A stretch of DNA of 63,586 bases, counting the filler, from Neolecta irregularis DAH-3 (Eukaryota), in the NCBI GenBank assembly GCA_001929475.1. It is 7 parts of 7 records of this genome, joined end to end, with 100 filler letters (N's around TTAATTAATTAA, not from the genome) between each part and the next. Parts side by side here need not be neighbours in the genome. Positions count along the whole stretch, not along the records: positions 1 to 29,774 come from LXFE01000118.1; positions 29,875 to 46,707 come from LXFE01000120.1; 5 more parts are not named here. One strand, given 5' to 3'. The stretch's first letter is position 1. Each line of letters opens with the position of its first letter. The notes beneath the pieces were generated by a model that saw nothing but the letters and a program-made list of their open reading frames with translations, ran no database searches and was not told where the DNA came from. This document shows positions 26,752 to 39,050 of the stretch, in pieces. Made by a program: the position numbers and the translations under genes.

Positions 26752-27370
26752 TTATTGCGGTCTGCTATACGGAAGACGCCGCTTCTCCTTTGAACTATTC
26801 TTCTTCCGTCTTCGTTCCAGAGCTTTTTCTAGAGCACTTGTTCCCTGCAGATAATTGAATTTGTCTTGTAGAATGAGCATTTTCTGGTCCGCTGAATGGT
26901 CAGTAAGACAAGAATTGTAGAAATTTTACATTTCTTCAAGAAGAACGGCTTCTTTCCATTCTTGACTAGCTCTCGTTCCTTTGCCTTTTGTTCTCGCAGA
27001 ATCTCTTCGGCCCTATTCTTATCCTCTCTGGCCTTTTGACGCGATTCCTGGAGGTCAAAAGAAGATTAGATGCGATAGACACCATTGAACGCAGAGTATT
27101 TTGTAACCTGTCGCGCTCTTCTGGAATCTTTGTCTGTTTAATCTGCTTCCTGATCATCTCAATTTCTGTTTTCTGGTATTCTTGCAGGAAAGCATAGTTC
27201 TTTGTATGGCGATTGTCCTCAACCTGGGCGGACGACGAATCAAACCGCGGGTCTCTCCTCTCGATCTTAGGGACATGAACAGCTTGTCGTCTACGCGGTT
27301 GGGGTTTTTTGCTGGAAGTCTCCATAGGCGCATGCTTGCTTGATCGTGGTGCTGCAGATTTCAGTGTCAT
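26752..27370 (-). CDS. RRP36: rRNA biogenesis protein Rrp36
   Basis: KHAPMETSSKKP, RRDPRFD, NYAFLQEY, KPFFLKK, ERRRKKNSSKEKRRLP. Confidence 0.92.
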
Positions 27371-27427
27371 TCTGAGTCTGTTTTTGAAGTGGTGTGGCTA
27401 AAAAGTTACCGCCCAAAAAATACTTCA

Positions 27428-28458
27428 ATGCTGACTCGTCTGCAACGAATGACTGGACGCGCGTTCGGTCCTGTTCGAAAATCTTCTCACCGCTGTAACT
27501 CATCGTATTCGTTTGAAGAAGATGTTCCGCGATATGTTCCTCCTGGGAGAAGAGGACAGAATGTGCAGGAACATGAATCACGACCGCGCAGTTATGGAAG
27601 AGGAGAAACAGATTCAAAACCTCGTTCTGCTCGACGGTTCTTCGTTTTATTAGGATTTCCTGACTGTTTAGGTCGAAAGGGCGCCTTTGTCGCCAACTGG
27701 ATGTGAATTTCCAACCGCCGCTTATTGTTGAATACAGCAATCACGACCTGCCGATGCCCTTTCCTCGAATCGGCATACCTGCGCCAAAACCGAGTGATCA
27801 GTACTTGACAGGCGCAATGGAAGAACCGAAACGGCTAGACTTGCCGTCGTCGTCGCATTTGCTGATCCTCGACCTAAACGGGACTCTTCTTTACAGAGAC
27901 AAGTCTGATCCGCACAGAGGAAGCACTAAACCATATCCGCGTCCGCATCTCAAGGAGTTTATCAACTATGTTCTTGCAAACTTTAAAGTCATGATCTGGT
28001 CCTCGGCGACGCCTGTGAATGTACAGGCTATGATCAACGACTGCTTCACCCACGAGCAACGCGAGCAGCTTGTTGCAGTTTGGTCGCGGGATACGCTTGG
28101 TCTGACGCCGATGGAATACAAGAAAAAGGTCAAAACCTTCAAATTGCTTCCCAAAGTATGGAGATACCCGTCATTTCAGGGCCAGGTCGGACCTTGGTCA
28201 CAAAAAACTACCATATTGCTAGACGACTCGTTCATAAAGGCACAGGCTCAGCCATACAACCACGTCGAAGTACCCGAATACAATGCGCAGAGACTGCAGG
28301 AGGGAAACGATACAGTATTGCGACAAGTGGCCGGCTATCTCGAGGAATTACGATACCAAGAAAACGTTAGTGCATTCATACGGACAAAAAAGTTTGAAGT
28401 AGGACAAGGATGGGCAAACGATGTTTTATTCATGGATAACGATTTATCTGCGCCATGA
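27428..28458 (+). CDS. NIF/FCP1-like HAD phosphatase family protein
   Basis: [32 protein letters not shown]. Confidence 0.85.
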
Positions 28459-29665
28459 TACATGAACCTGGTCTGTTCGAAATCTCTGTGTACATCTAGA
28501 CTCTGCAATAGGCGTTTGTAATCCTGTTTTGAACGCAAGTAATCCCGCATGGGCTATCATAATGCCGTTGTCGATACAGAATCTAGATATTAAAATGTGG
28601 AATATACCAACTTGCCTTTCGTCAGTTGCGAAAACTGCTCCTCCTCGCTCCGTGGCCATCATAGCCATCATTTCTTGTAATCGTTCGTTGCAGCCCACAC
28701 CTCCCACAATCAACACCTCTTGACTGCCAACATGTGCCATGGCTCTCTCAGTAATCTCAACAAGCATGGCGAATATTGTTTCTTGTAATGTAAAACACAA
28801 GTCTTCCTTGGTAATGAGAGCGCCATCAGATTCGCTCTTCAAGGTCTTCCGTAACATCAAAGATGCATATGAGTCTACTCTTTCAAGGATGCCAGTGAAG
28901 GAACAATCCATTCCTTTGACTGCGTACGGCAGATCCACGAAACGAGAACCGCTACACACATTTATACATGTCTTCCCTGTAGACATACCGTTTAGCATAC
29001 TGCTCAATGTTATAGCCAGGACTGGGATCATTTGGCAAATTGATGGTTCGCGCAAAGCGGTCTAGGCAGTTCCCAACAGCAATATCGAGTGTTTCTCCAA
29101 ATATTCGGTATCTCTGGTCAGTTGTTCTAATACTGCGACGCACCGTTGTTTTGAATACGCAATGACCTGAGTATTTCCTCCGCTCACATACAAAACTATT
29201 GGATTTTCAGCCCCTGTGATCTCACGCCCCATTTCAATGTCTATATTGAGAGTTATTCATAAATATTCCCAGGCGAAATACGTCCGACACAATGATTGAC
29301 TCCCACAAGTGGTTTCCTCCATAAAAGTGACAATGTTCTCGCAACTAGAGCAACAGATTGTAAAGGAGCGCCCATCCCAGGTCCTTTTGATCAGGAAAAC
29401 ACGCAGTTGACGTACCTTGAGTGAAGCATATACAATCAATGTCATTTGGCGTGATTCCACTTTCTTGCAAAGCTGTCTTTACTAGCTTGTTCGCCCACTC
29501 TCTGTGGTGTTGTGCAGTATCCCTCGGTAGGAATCCTTGACCGGGCGGCGTTATATATGTATGTCTGATATTCGCAAGAATTTCTGCTCGACCATTTGGG
29601 TAAGGATGACGGATTATCCCAACACCAATTTTATTGGCAGAGCCCTCAAGACCAATCGCGATCAT
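28444..29665 (-). CDS. KAE1: KEOPS t6A tRNA threonylcarbamoyltransferase
   Basis: [55 protein letters not shown]. Confidence 0.97.
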
Positions 29666-29774
29666 TGTATCAAATCACCTCTCCCGGTACTATCAACGAT
29701 ATCACAAGTCTGTGTTCAATATGTCTGGCAGAATCAAAGGCTTATCGGAGCTTGTTTCGGATCAACTTGGTCAG

Positions 29775-29874
29775 NNNNNNNNNNNNNNNNNNNNNNNNNN
29801 NNNNNNNNNNNNNNNNNNTTAATTAATTAANNNNNNNNNNNNNNNNNNNNNNNNNNNNNNNNNNNNNNNNNNNN
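29775..29874. other. artificial contig spacer (also 46708-46807, 57120-57219, 58990-59089, 60203-60302, 62150-62249)
   Basis: N-run + TTAATTAATTAA (stops in all six frames) + N-run, the same 100-nt structure six times. Confidence 0.97.
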
Positions 29875-30470
29875 GACATATTTTCGTCCCGAATAACCAT
29901 GTATACAATTCAAATAAATCGCCTTGAATTTTAACAGCTTTACGAATCCCGATAGATATTTCGATAATTGCAATTTGAGTGATTATGACTTGAAGAATAG
30001 CTACTCGAGTTTCCAAGTCGAAGCCTAGTTGATCTGCAATCAATTCATCTTGATCGACTTTTGCAACGGAAAAGACAGCTTCACATGCTCTAGCGCATCT
30101 TCAAAATTCTCCTGGGCGGATAAAAGGAGAGCTAGTAGATGCAATGATGGGATATGTGTACGTGAAAACTGCAGCGATATACGAATATGATGCAATGCAT
30201 TCACGACATCTCGATTTTCAGCCAACTGCAACGCTAAAAGATAATGAATAGAATGATTTGAAAGGAGCTTTTGAGAATTGACCAGATGTTTAATTGCTTC
30301 TAATTGTAACCCGGGTCGATCTCTTGCTTCAAAAGCTAGGGGTTAATTTGATAAAGAGGGTACGTGCTTTTTTGTGCCAAGAGACCATATGTGTCAGCAC
30401 AGGACGTTAGGTTGGGCGCTGATGTGGACTTCGATTGGATATGCCGACGAAGATACTGCAAGTAAGAGTA
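29875..30470 (-). CDS. TPR-protein fragment, YPP1/TTC7-like; 3' end cut by contig end and 5' part not found
   Basis: HYLLALQLAENRDVVNAL...LHLLALLLSAQENFEDAL resembles the Ypp1/TTC7 TPR region. Confidence 0.65.
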
Positions 30471-30588
30471 ACTACATATATTGAATATCAGGTGAAAGCC
30501 TAGCCAGCTAGTCCAGCTAGGCGCTACTTATATACAGATTCGGCTCATGTGCTGATACCGTCATCTGCCTGCCCGCCTTTCTGTTGAA

Positions 30589-30697
30589 CTGCTGGGTGGC
30601 AATGCCTATGACTGGCCCGCCTGGGACGATCGGTGACCCTTGCTGCTCCTTGTGCTTGATCCGATACTTTGGCGGTGGCGGTGGCAAGCTGGTGGGG
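30589..30697 (-). repeat. 109-bp GC-rich dispersed repeat; second copy at 46808-46916 (+)
   Basis: 9 substitutions and no indels between the two copies (manual alignment). Confidence 0.92.
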
Positions 30698-31147
30698 TTG
30701 CGACGTTGTGGTACAGTCGAGTCCCCACGGACCAGATGGACTGTATCACGTGATAGGATCGGAAGTGTTCAAAACAAGTGACAATTTCACCGGCTCTGCA
30801 ACAAGCGTGTCAGCACAGGTTGTAGTTGTAGCGTCTTTGAGTTTTTAGGATTCTGGAAACATAGAGGAAAATGAGGGAAAAGATGAAAACGATTCTTTGA
30901 TTCTTAGCGGGATAGACAGGGCATTATCCAACCGTCCTACAAATCTGCAGATACAGGACTACTTATAGATTTACAAGAATGAGCCACGTCATTGTAGTGA
31001 AATCAAGGAAGAGAAACCCCATCAGATAACCAGAAAATACAACCGATACGAGTTTCTTGCGACAAGCTCACCAAACGCACGCCTAAAATCCAATTTTTTA
31101 AAAGCCACATTTTATGAAATTTGGCGCGCACCAAACCCAACCTAATT

Positions 31148-32020
31148 ATGCAGCAGCTCGTTTTATCAGATTCACCAACTCATCCAGCAAACCTCATTCC
31201 GGAACTCTGTCGTTTATTCTATACACTTGGATGGGTCACTGGTACTGGGTATATCTTTCCTTAAACATCACTGACACAGAAGAGGAGGAATCTCAATTAG
31301 GGAAAGGTATTCCACGCTTTCTTCGGATATGAAATCAATATAAAGTGATAACGTATATATTGCGCCATCAGGAGTTCAGAAAGAAGTACATGGGTTCGAT
31401 ATTAATTTCGGAATTTAACGTTTAAAGCGTTTAAAGCCGGCAGATATTTTCGTTCTTTCGCTATCTACAAAAGAATATCTCCGAATTCCACCTGTTTTTA
31501 AACCATCAGCGTGTACGCCGCTGTTTCTGGCAGCTTACATGTACTATCTCTCGTAACGTACAATTAATATGAAAGGAAAAGAAATGCCGGAGCTTGTATC
31601 CATACACATTCGCAATCCGCCGTTTTAGCTACATTGCTATACGACAAGGTCTTTGAGATTGAGAATCAAGAGATGATCAAGGGAATTCCTGGACTGGGAT
31701 ATCATAGCAAGTTGGTTGTTCCCATAATTGAGAATACTGCACATGAAGAAGATTTGACTGGGAGTTTGGAGAAAGTACGATGAGGTAATCTGAAAGCATA
31801 TTAACAATAGGCTATGGATCAATACCCAGATACATGTGCAGTACTTGTTAGAAGACACGGAGTTTATGTTTGGGGACAGGTATATGATGATAACATACCT
31901 TTAGAGGCTCATGTTTAGACGTGGGAAATGGCCAAGACCCAGGCTGAATGCTATGACTATCTGTTCAGTTTAGCAGTCAGAATGTGCAGTATGAATATGT
32001 CAACAGTTGCCAAAGAGTGA
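31148..32020 (+). CDS. MDE1: methylthioribulose-1-phosphate dehydratase
   Basis: [61 protein letters not shown]. Confidence 0.95.
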
Positions 32021-32219
32021 ATGAAAGGCGGAGATCATGAAATAGATGAGCATAAAGTTACTGCGTATATAACCTGGATTTTTATAGGTTTTCCACAAAC
32101 AATATATGCTCCGTAGATGAAGCAGACACTACAAGAAAGATGAAGAACAAAGGACGTAACGTGAGTATACGGACTGTGATGGCAATATGAACTTTTGAAG
32201 CGGAGTTTTCATTTATTCG

Positions 32220-33569
<1,350 letters not shown>

Positions 33570-33889
33570 GCTGGGTGGGATTTAGGGGGTTTGAAGAGGA
33601 GTGAAGAGATTGGTTGAGTAGCAAACTGCAAAAGGACTGCGCTTTTTGCGCCTGCAGGTTTTTCCATTCTGTGTTTATGCAGAACCGCCAAATTTTATAC
33701 AGGAGGATCACTGCATACCTGTCTATTTCCACTTTGAGCACTATTTTGTGTGGATTAATGTACAAAAACACAACGCGACAGAAAAGCCGAGAGCGTAAGC
33801 GAATTGCGCAATCATGTAATGGATTTGCGTGCAACACGAGATATAAAGATCAGCACTGCAATTACTGCTGATCCTCACTTTGCTACTCC

Positions 33890-34634
33890 ATGAATTCTAC
33901 TTCGAGCACCCTCAGACTCGGCTGTTCTGCCCCGAACTTTGATGCACAAACCACCAAAGGCCCCATAAATTTCTACGAATGGGCAAAAGGCAGCTGGGTC
34001 GTCTTCTTTTGTCATCCTGCTGACTTTACCCCGTGTGTAGCCTTGCATCTCGGGCCTGCTGACACGTTCAAGGGTCTGTACCACGGAACTCGGCGAGATC
34101 TCCCGTCTCCAGTCGGAATTTGAAAAACGTGGAGTCAAGATCATCGGCCTGAGCGCAAACGACCTTAAGTCTCATGAAGAATGGATCAGAGATATCAATG
34201 AAGTCGCTCAAACCACTCTTACTTTCCCAATCATCGCAGATGCCGACAGAAAGGTGGCTCTGCTCTACGACATGGTCGACCATCAAGATGCCACAAACGT
34301 GCGGTCCAATCTATCCCTCGACTAACTCCACCAGGTTGATCAGAAGGGAATGGCATTAACCATCCGATCCGTCTTCTTCATTGATCCTCTACATACAGTT
34401 CGTCTTATTCTCACGTATCCCGCCGCGGTTGGACGCAACACTGGTGAAATACTTCGATGTCTCGATGCTCTTCAATTAACCGAAAAGCATCAAGTTGCCA
34501 CCCCCGTCAACTGGCAGAAGGGCGACGAAGTCGTCGTTCATGCAAGTCTTAGTAATGAACAGGCTAACAATCGCTTTGGAGACTTTAAAATTATAAAACC
34601 ATACTTGCGAATGACTACACAACCTGCTTTTTAG
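33890..34634 (+). CDS. PRX1: 1-Cys peroxiredoxin
   Basis: HPADFTPVCTTE (across an intron), YPAAVGRN, ATPVNW, KPYLR. Confidence 0.95.
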
Positions 34635-34887
34635 TACAAAATCACTGGAGGAGATTGATATATTTGTGAGAGTTGTCTAGTTGAAATAGTTATAAACATG
34701 TTTTCATCGGCTGTTTGTGTTGTTAAATTTATAAAGTTCTAAGCTTGCCGGAGCTACAGCTACAAATGAACCAGTTTTGGTTGTTTACGATGATCTGTTG
34801 CTGAGAACACAATAGAAACCTGTGGATCTATTGCTTACGCTGCAACCTATGTAAAGCGAAAATATAACGTGAATAGAGAAAAATATC

Positions 34888-35873
34888 TTAAAGAATATTG
34901 CAATTTTTCGGTTTAGGAAATCCGCAAAACGATTTATTGTTTCCAGCAGAATTTTGGGAACTAGAAGTTTGGGGTTCGTCCTTTGCCGAAAGATTGGACT
35001 CTGCTAACTCGGATTTCTTCATCCTGTCAGCTATGATTTTGTCATCTATAGATGACGATTCGTACCAAAATTTGGACACTCGGGCGTAAAATTCGCGCCC
35101 TTGGATAGTTGCAACTTTTGTCTCAAGAGCCTATCCACAGTCAATGGAACATGGTTTAAAGAAGTATACAGTAGGTAAGCGAGATCCGTCACCACCTGAA
35201 AATGTGCCCTGCACCGTAAGCAATGTTATAGACCAGGTACGTGCTGCTCCCCATGGACTGCCGCCATGAACCTCACTAAGGTTTGACAACTCAGGAAAAG
35301 TGCCCTTGTATCCCTTCGTAGTGAATATCCCGCACACAAGTAAACAAGAGTTCATACCAAAGGAACAAATATTATCCCGTGATGTACAAGAACCGAGAGT
35401 GAGTTGCTAACGGTGGTCTCTTGTCCACCGCCGGGAGTTCCAGTCGAAACGAAAACACCTGCAACTTTACCGTGAAGTGCACCCTTCCAAGTCAATCGCG
35501 ACGATGGCAGGGACCCAAAAACATACAGACATCCAAAGTTGGCCTGTTGCGTCCCAGAAACTCTTGAACTGTGCGGGGAAATTACCATATCGAGTAGGAA
35601 TGCCAAACATGAAATAGTCATATGAAACAAGCGTCTCGTTCGAGGCAATTGGATAGTCTGGTTTAGGTGGGGCGTTCATCTTGGTCAAAACCTCTTGAGG
35701 CAGCGTTTCCGGGACCTGGAAGATCTTTGCAGCTCCTCCGGCTTCTTCGATCCCAATCTTGACAGCTTCAGCCATCTTTGCGACTTGGAAATTCAGACGA
35801 GCGGCCTCGTATAAAGACGCTTACTGTGACCGTACATAGAGTAAATGATGATAGCAACAGTTTTATTGGACAT
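34888..35873 (-). CDS. flavodoxin-like WrbA NAD(P)H:quinone oxidoreductase (Pst2/Ycp4/Obr1 family)
   Basis: [40 protein letters not shown]; possible CaaX tail CNIL. Confidence 0.93.
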
Positions 35874-35936
35874 GATTTTGTGCTGAGGGTAGGCGAACGC
35901 GGGGAGGGATGCTCTATAAAGAAAGAATGCGGGCCG

Positions 35937-35948
35937 TGACTCACGTCA
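35937..35948. promoter_or_regulatory. overlapping AP-1/CRE-like bZIP site TGACTCACGTCA
   Basis: About 65 bp upstream of the flavodoxin ATG; family members are bZIP stress-response targets in yeasts. Confidence 0.4.
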
Positions 35949-36926
35949 TCTGCTGATTAAGACAAGCCGCTGATGATTCTACTTGCCGAGATTGCGCAAG
36001 GATTGCGACAGATCATTTGCACATTCTTGGGTTGTCCTCTCTATCCATTCTGTCAAAGTATCTTTTGGTCCGAACTGATTCTTTGTATGTCCTTGAACTG
36101 AATCAAATGCACTTGTTGATTCGGTTACGGTTCTAATGATATCGCAATTGTCTGCTATTTCTCCTATAAGAGGCATAATTGAGGGCCTGGCATCACCAAA
36201 CATAACTGCACCTGCGCATGAATGTTTTGGTTGCATGGGTGTTGATGGAATTTACGCTATAACGCTTTTTTCCGCAGAAAGGTCTAGCTGACTATAAGGG
36301 TGTGGGCACGCGAACTTGGATTTGGTGTCCAATTTTAACAGTCGAGCGCGCACGTAGCTACTTAAGATAAAAGCAACTACTTGAATTGAGTATCAGGGTA
36401 AAGTCTGGTTTGTTAGTCAGGCCAGATGCTACTTGGATAATAAATAGGCATGCGCATAACTGCCTCCAATTACCTGTTCGCCTCCCCACGTACGTTCTAA
36501 GTGGCGACACCTGTGATTGTCCATAACAGGCCTGGCGATGACGCCTGTTGTCCTGCTTCGTGCTTCCTTTGATTTCGCCCGTAGGTTCGGCAGCGATGAT
36601 GGAGTATCGGCGGTTCTTGTTGCTATAGGCTACCAGCGAGTCCCCACAAACGGTATACACTCGTGGTAGACGGCTGGTGGCTTGCAATACTATTGCAGCC
36701 TTTTTCAACATGGATATAAAAGGGAAATATATAGTTTCTCCTAGCCCAAGTTCACTTATGTTTGGTTAATAGCACTAGTCCTATTTGTGCTCGAGCTCCT
36801 CAACTGACACTGAAGATCACTGAGAATCCTTGTACCGGATCCTATTTTTTGTCTCCAAGTGATTTACCGGACGCTAGTAGAGAACCCCAATTTCTTTCCA
36901 ATAGCATCGATTTAATGCTTACTAAT

Positions 36927-37752
36927 ATGGCACAAGATCAAAATTGGTCAGCAAAACATTATGCGGAAAACGCATCCTTCGTTCCACAGTTGACCACGGA
37001 GATAGTCGGACTTCTGGACGTAGAGACAGATGATAGAATCCTTGATTTGGGCTGTGGAGACGGCGTACTTACAAGGAAGATTTCTCATAAGTGTAAAAGT
37101 ATTATCGGAATCGATTCGTCAGCAAACATGATCGCAGCCGCGAAGCAACTGGGGGTTGATGCGCGAGTCATAAGTGGCCAAGAACTTGTCAGTACCCCGG
37201 ATCTACAACAAGAAGACTTTGACAAAGTCTTTTCAAATGCTGCGTTACATTGGATCTTGAGAAATGAGCCAGATACAACGATCCAAGGAGTCTATAGAGC
37301 GCTGAAAAATGGGGGAAAACTCGTGGCCGAACTTGGCGGCTTTGGAAATTGTGCTGGTAAGAATTAAATTTGCGATCGGCGAATGACTCGTAAGAGATGT
37401 TTGCACTGCGTTAAGATCCGTATTGCTACGAAGAGGCATTTCTATGGCAGCAATCGAGGAGGCGAATCCTTGGATATTTCCGTCCGAGCATGTTATGTCT
37501 GAAATGCTCACTCGCAACGGATTCCAAGTCCAGTCAATCACACGAACATACCGCTCAACGGAGCTTCCCGGAAACATCAAAAGATGGTTTGAAATATTTG
37601 CTGGTGCTTTCCTCAAACTCGTTTCAGAGGGAGAAAAGAATGCTGTTTTGGATGAACTTGAGCAGATTCTTCGAGGAAGCTGCCAGCGAGAAGACGGGAA
37701 ATGGTTTGTTGGATATGTTCGATTGCGGGTAGTAGCTATCAAGAATGTATAA
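36927..37752 (+). CDS. class I SAM-dependent methyltransferase
   Basis: ILDLGCGDG, FDKVFSNAALHW, ELGGFGN, YVRLRV. Confidence 0.9.
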
Positions 37753-37826
37753 GAGGACTTGTATCAAATGTTGAAACAAAACTAACCGGATCTCATTGCT
37801 ACACAAAGCGCCAAAATTAAAGTCCA

Positions 37827-38775
37827 TCATCTTCTTCGAGTTCCTCCAAACCCTGTAGAAGTTCGAGTTCCAGAAGGCCCTTCACCGAAAGGATTATTTC
37901 TCATTGGTGCCCTCATCCCGCTGTATCCTGAAGGTGATCCAAACATACTCGGGCTATTATTAATGTATTCGCGATTCCCACCATCGAACAATCTCCTCCC
38001 TAAATACGACGCTGCCGCTCCACCCGCAAGGCCAGACCAAAATCCTGGTTGCCACCCGGTTTGACTGTCGTTAGTCATAAAATCCAGCGTATGATTATAC
38101 GAGTCTGTCGGTTTTCCACCTCGCGGAAAGTATGGAGGTGGACCGTCGTTATTATTGTCACCACCCCATCCGAATCCACGTCGCCGGGGCTGACCACCTT
38201 GACGTGGCCGGCCAAAGATTAACTGATACAAAATTGTCAAAGCCGTTCCGATTATAAGAAGAGTAGAGAGATTTGAAAATAGGCGACCCCCTGGAAATTC
38301 AGTCTCTACGTCGACCACGAAGCGTACAATTCCACGAGAACCAAGATCGTTTACCCATAACAGGTAACCTCCCAAACCGTTCCTCGCCCTCATCTGTAAG
38401 CCAAAGCCAATATTCGCATGCGCAGCTTCCCCTTAAAACATAGGTGTCGTCGGGATCTGCATAGCCCTCGCAAATCATTTCGGTCTTTCCTAGTTTGATG
38501 TACGGCGACAACTCGGTCGAGCAACTCCACTGGATATCTTCCTTTCCATATGCGCCGCCCATGTTCCGGCATTGCATGGTCTGTGGGAGCAAGTCGATTA
38601 GGCTGCAGGCATTTCCGCCTGTGCAGGAAAGCTGCGGGATGGCAGGAACTCGGCGGTGGGCGGTCTGCTTATCGGTATAGAGAGTTAAGACGGGGATCTG
38701 CGAGAGTAGAACTTTCTGGGAGAGTATGGCTATTGAGGGCGACAACAATAGAAATAGATATAGAAAAGTTAGCAT
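37827..38775 (-). CDS. SARAF/TMEM66 (DUF1183) family protein
   Basis: Signal peptide, RRVPAIPQLSCTGG, ICEGY...YVLRGSC, TM helix, PGFWSG, RTSTGFGGTRRR. Confidence 0.92.
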
Positions 38776-39050
38776 TGCAGCTGATATGGGTGAATGAATT
38801 TGGCGGTGGTGAAATCACGTCGCATCATAAGCGACTCGTCCTTTATCGCTTAGCCGCTATAGTCATTTTCTCATCAACAGCGTTTTGTCCATTCTTGCGA
38901 TATATCCATTAAAACCACCTTGCAATAGTCAAAATTCGCCTGCTGCTGGCGGTGCAAATATCCGCGCGCTCGTAAAGGGTTGATATATTTGACGAGAATA
39001 TCGCGGACTGAAACCCCCGTCCGATCTTTGAAATCCTGGCTCATTCTGTT

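Noticed and set aside
27871-27888. DLNGT instead of DxDxT in the NIF phosphatase
   Set aside because: A variant known in this fungal/plant subfamily, not a lesion
29819-29830. Repeated TTAATTAATTAA between N-runs as a biological repeat or CRISPR-like array
   Set aside because: It is an artificial six-frame-stop contig linker
33890-37752. PRX1, flavodoxin and methyltransferase as a stress or metabolic gene cluster
   Set aside because: Adjacency alone is expected in a dense genome; no evidence of a shared pathway
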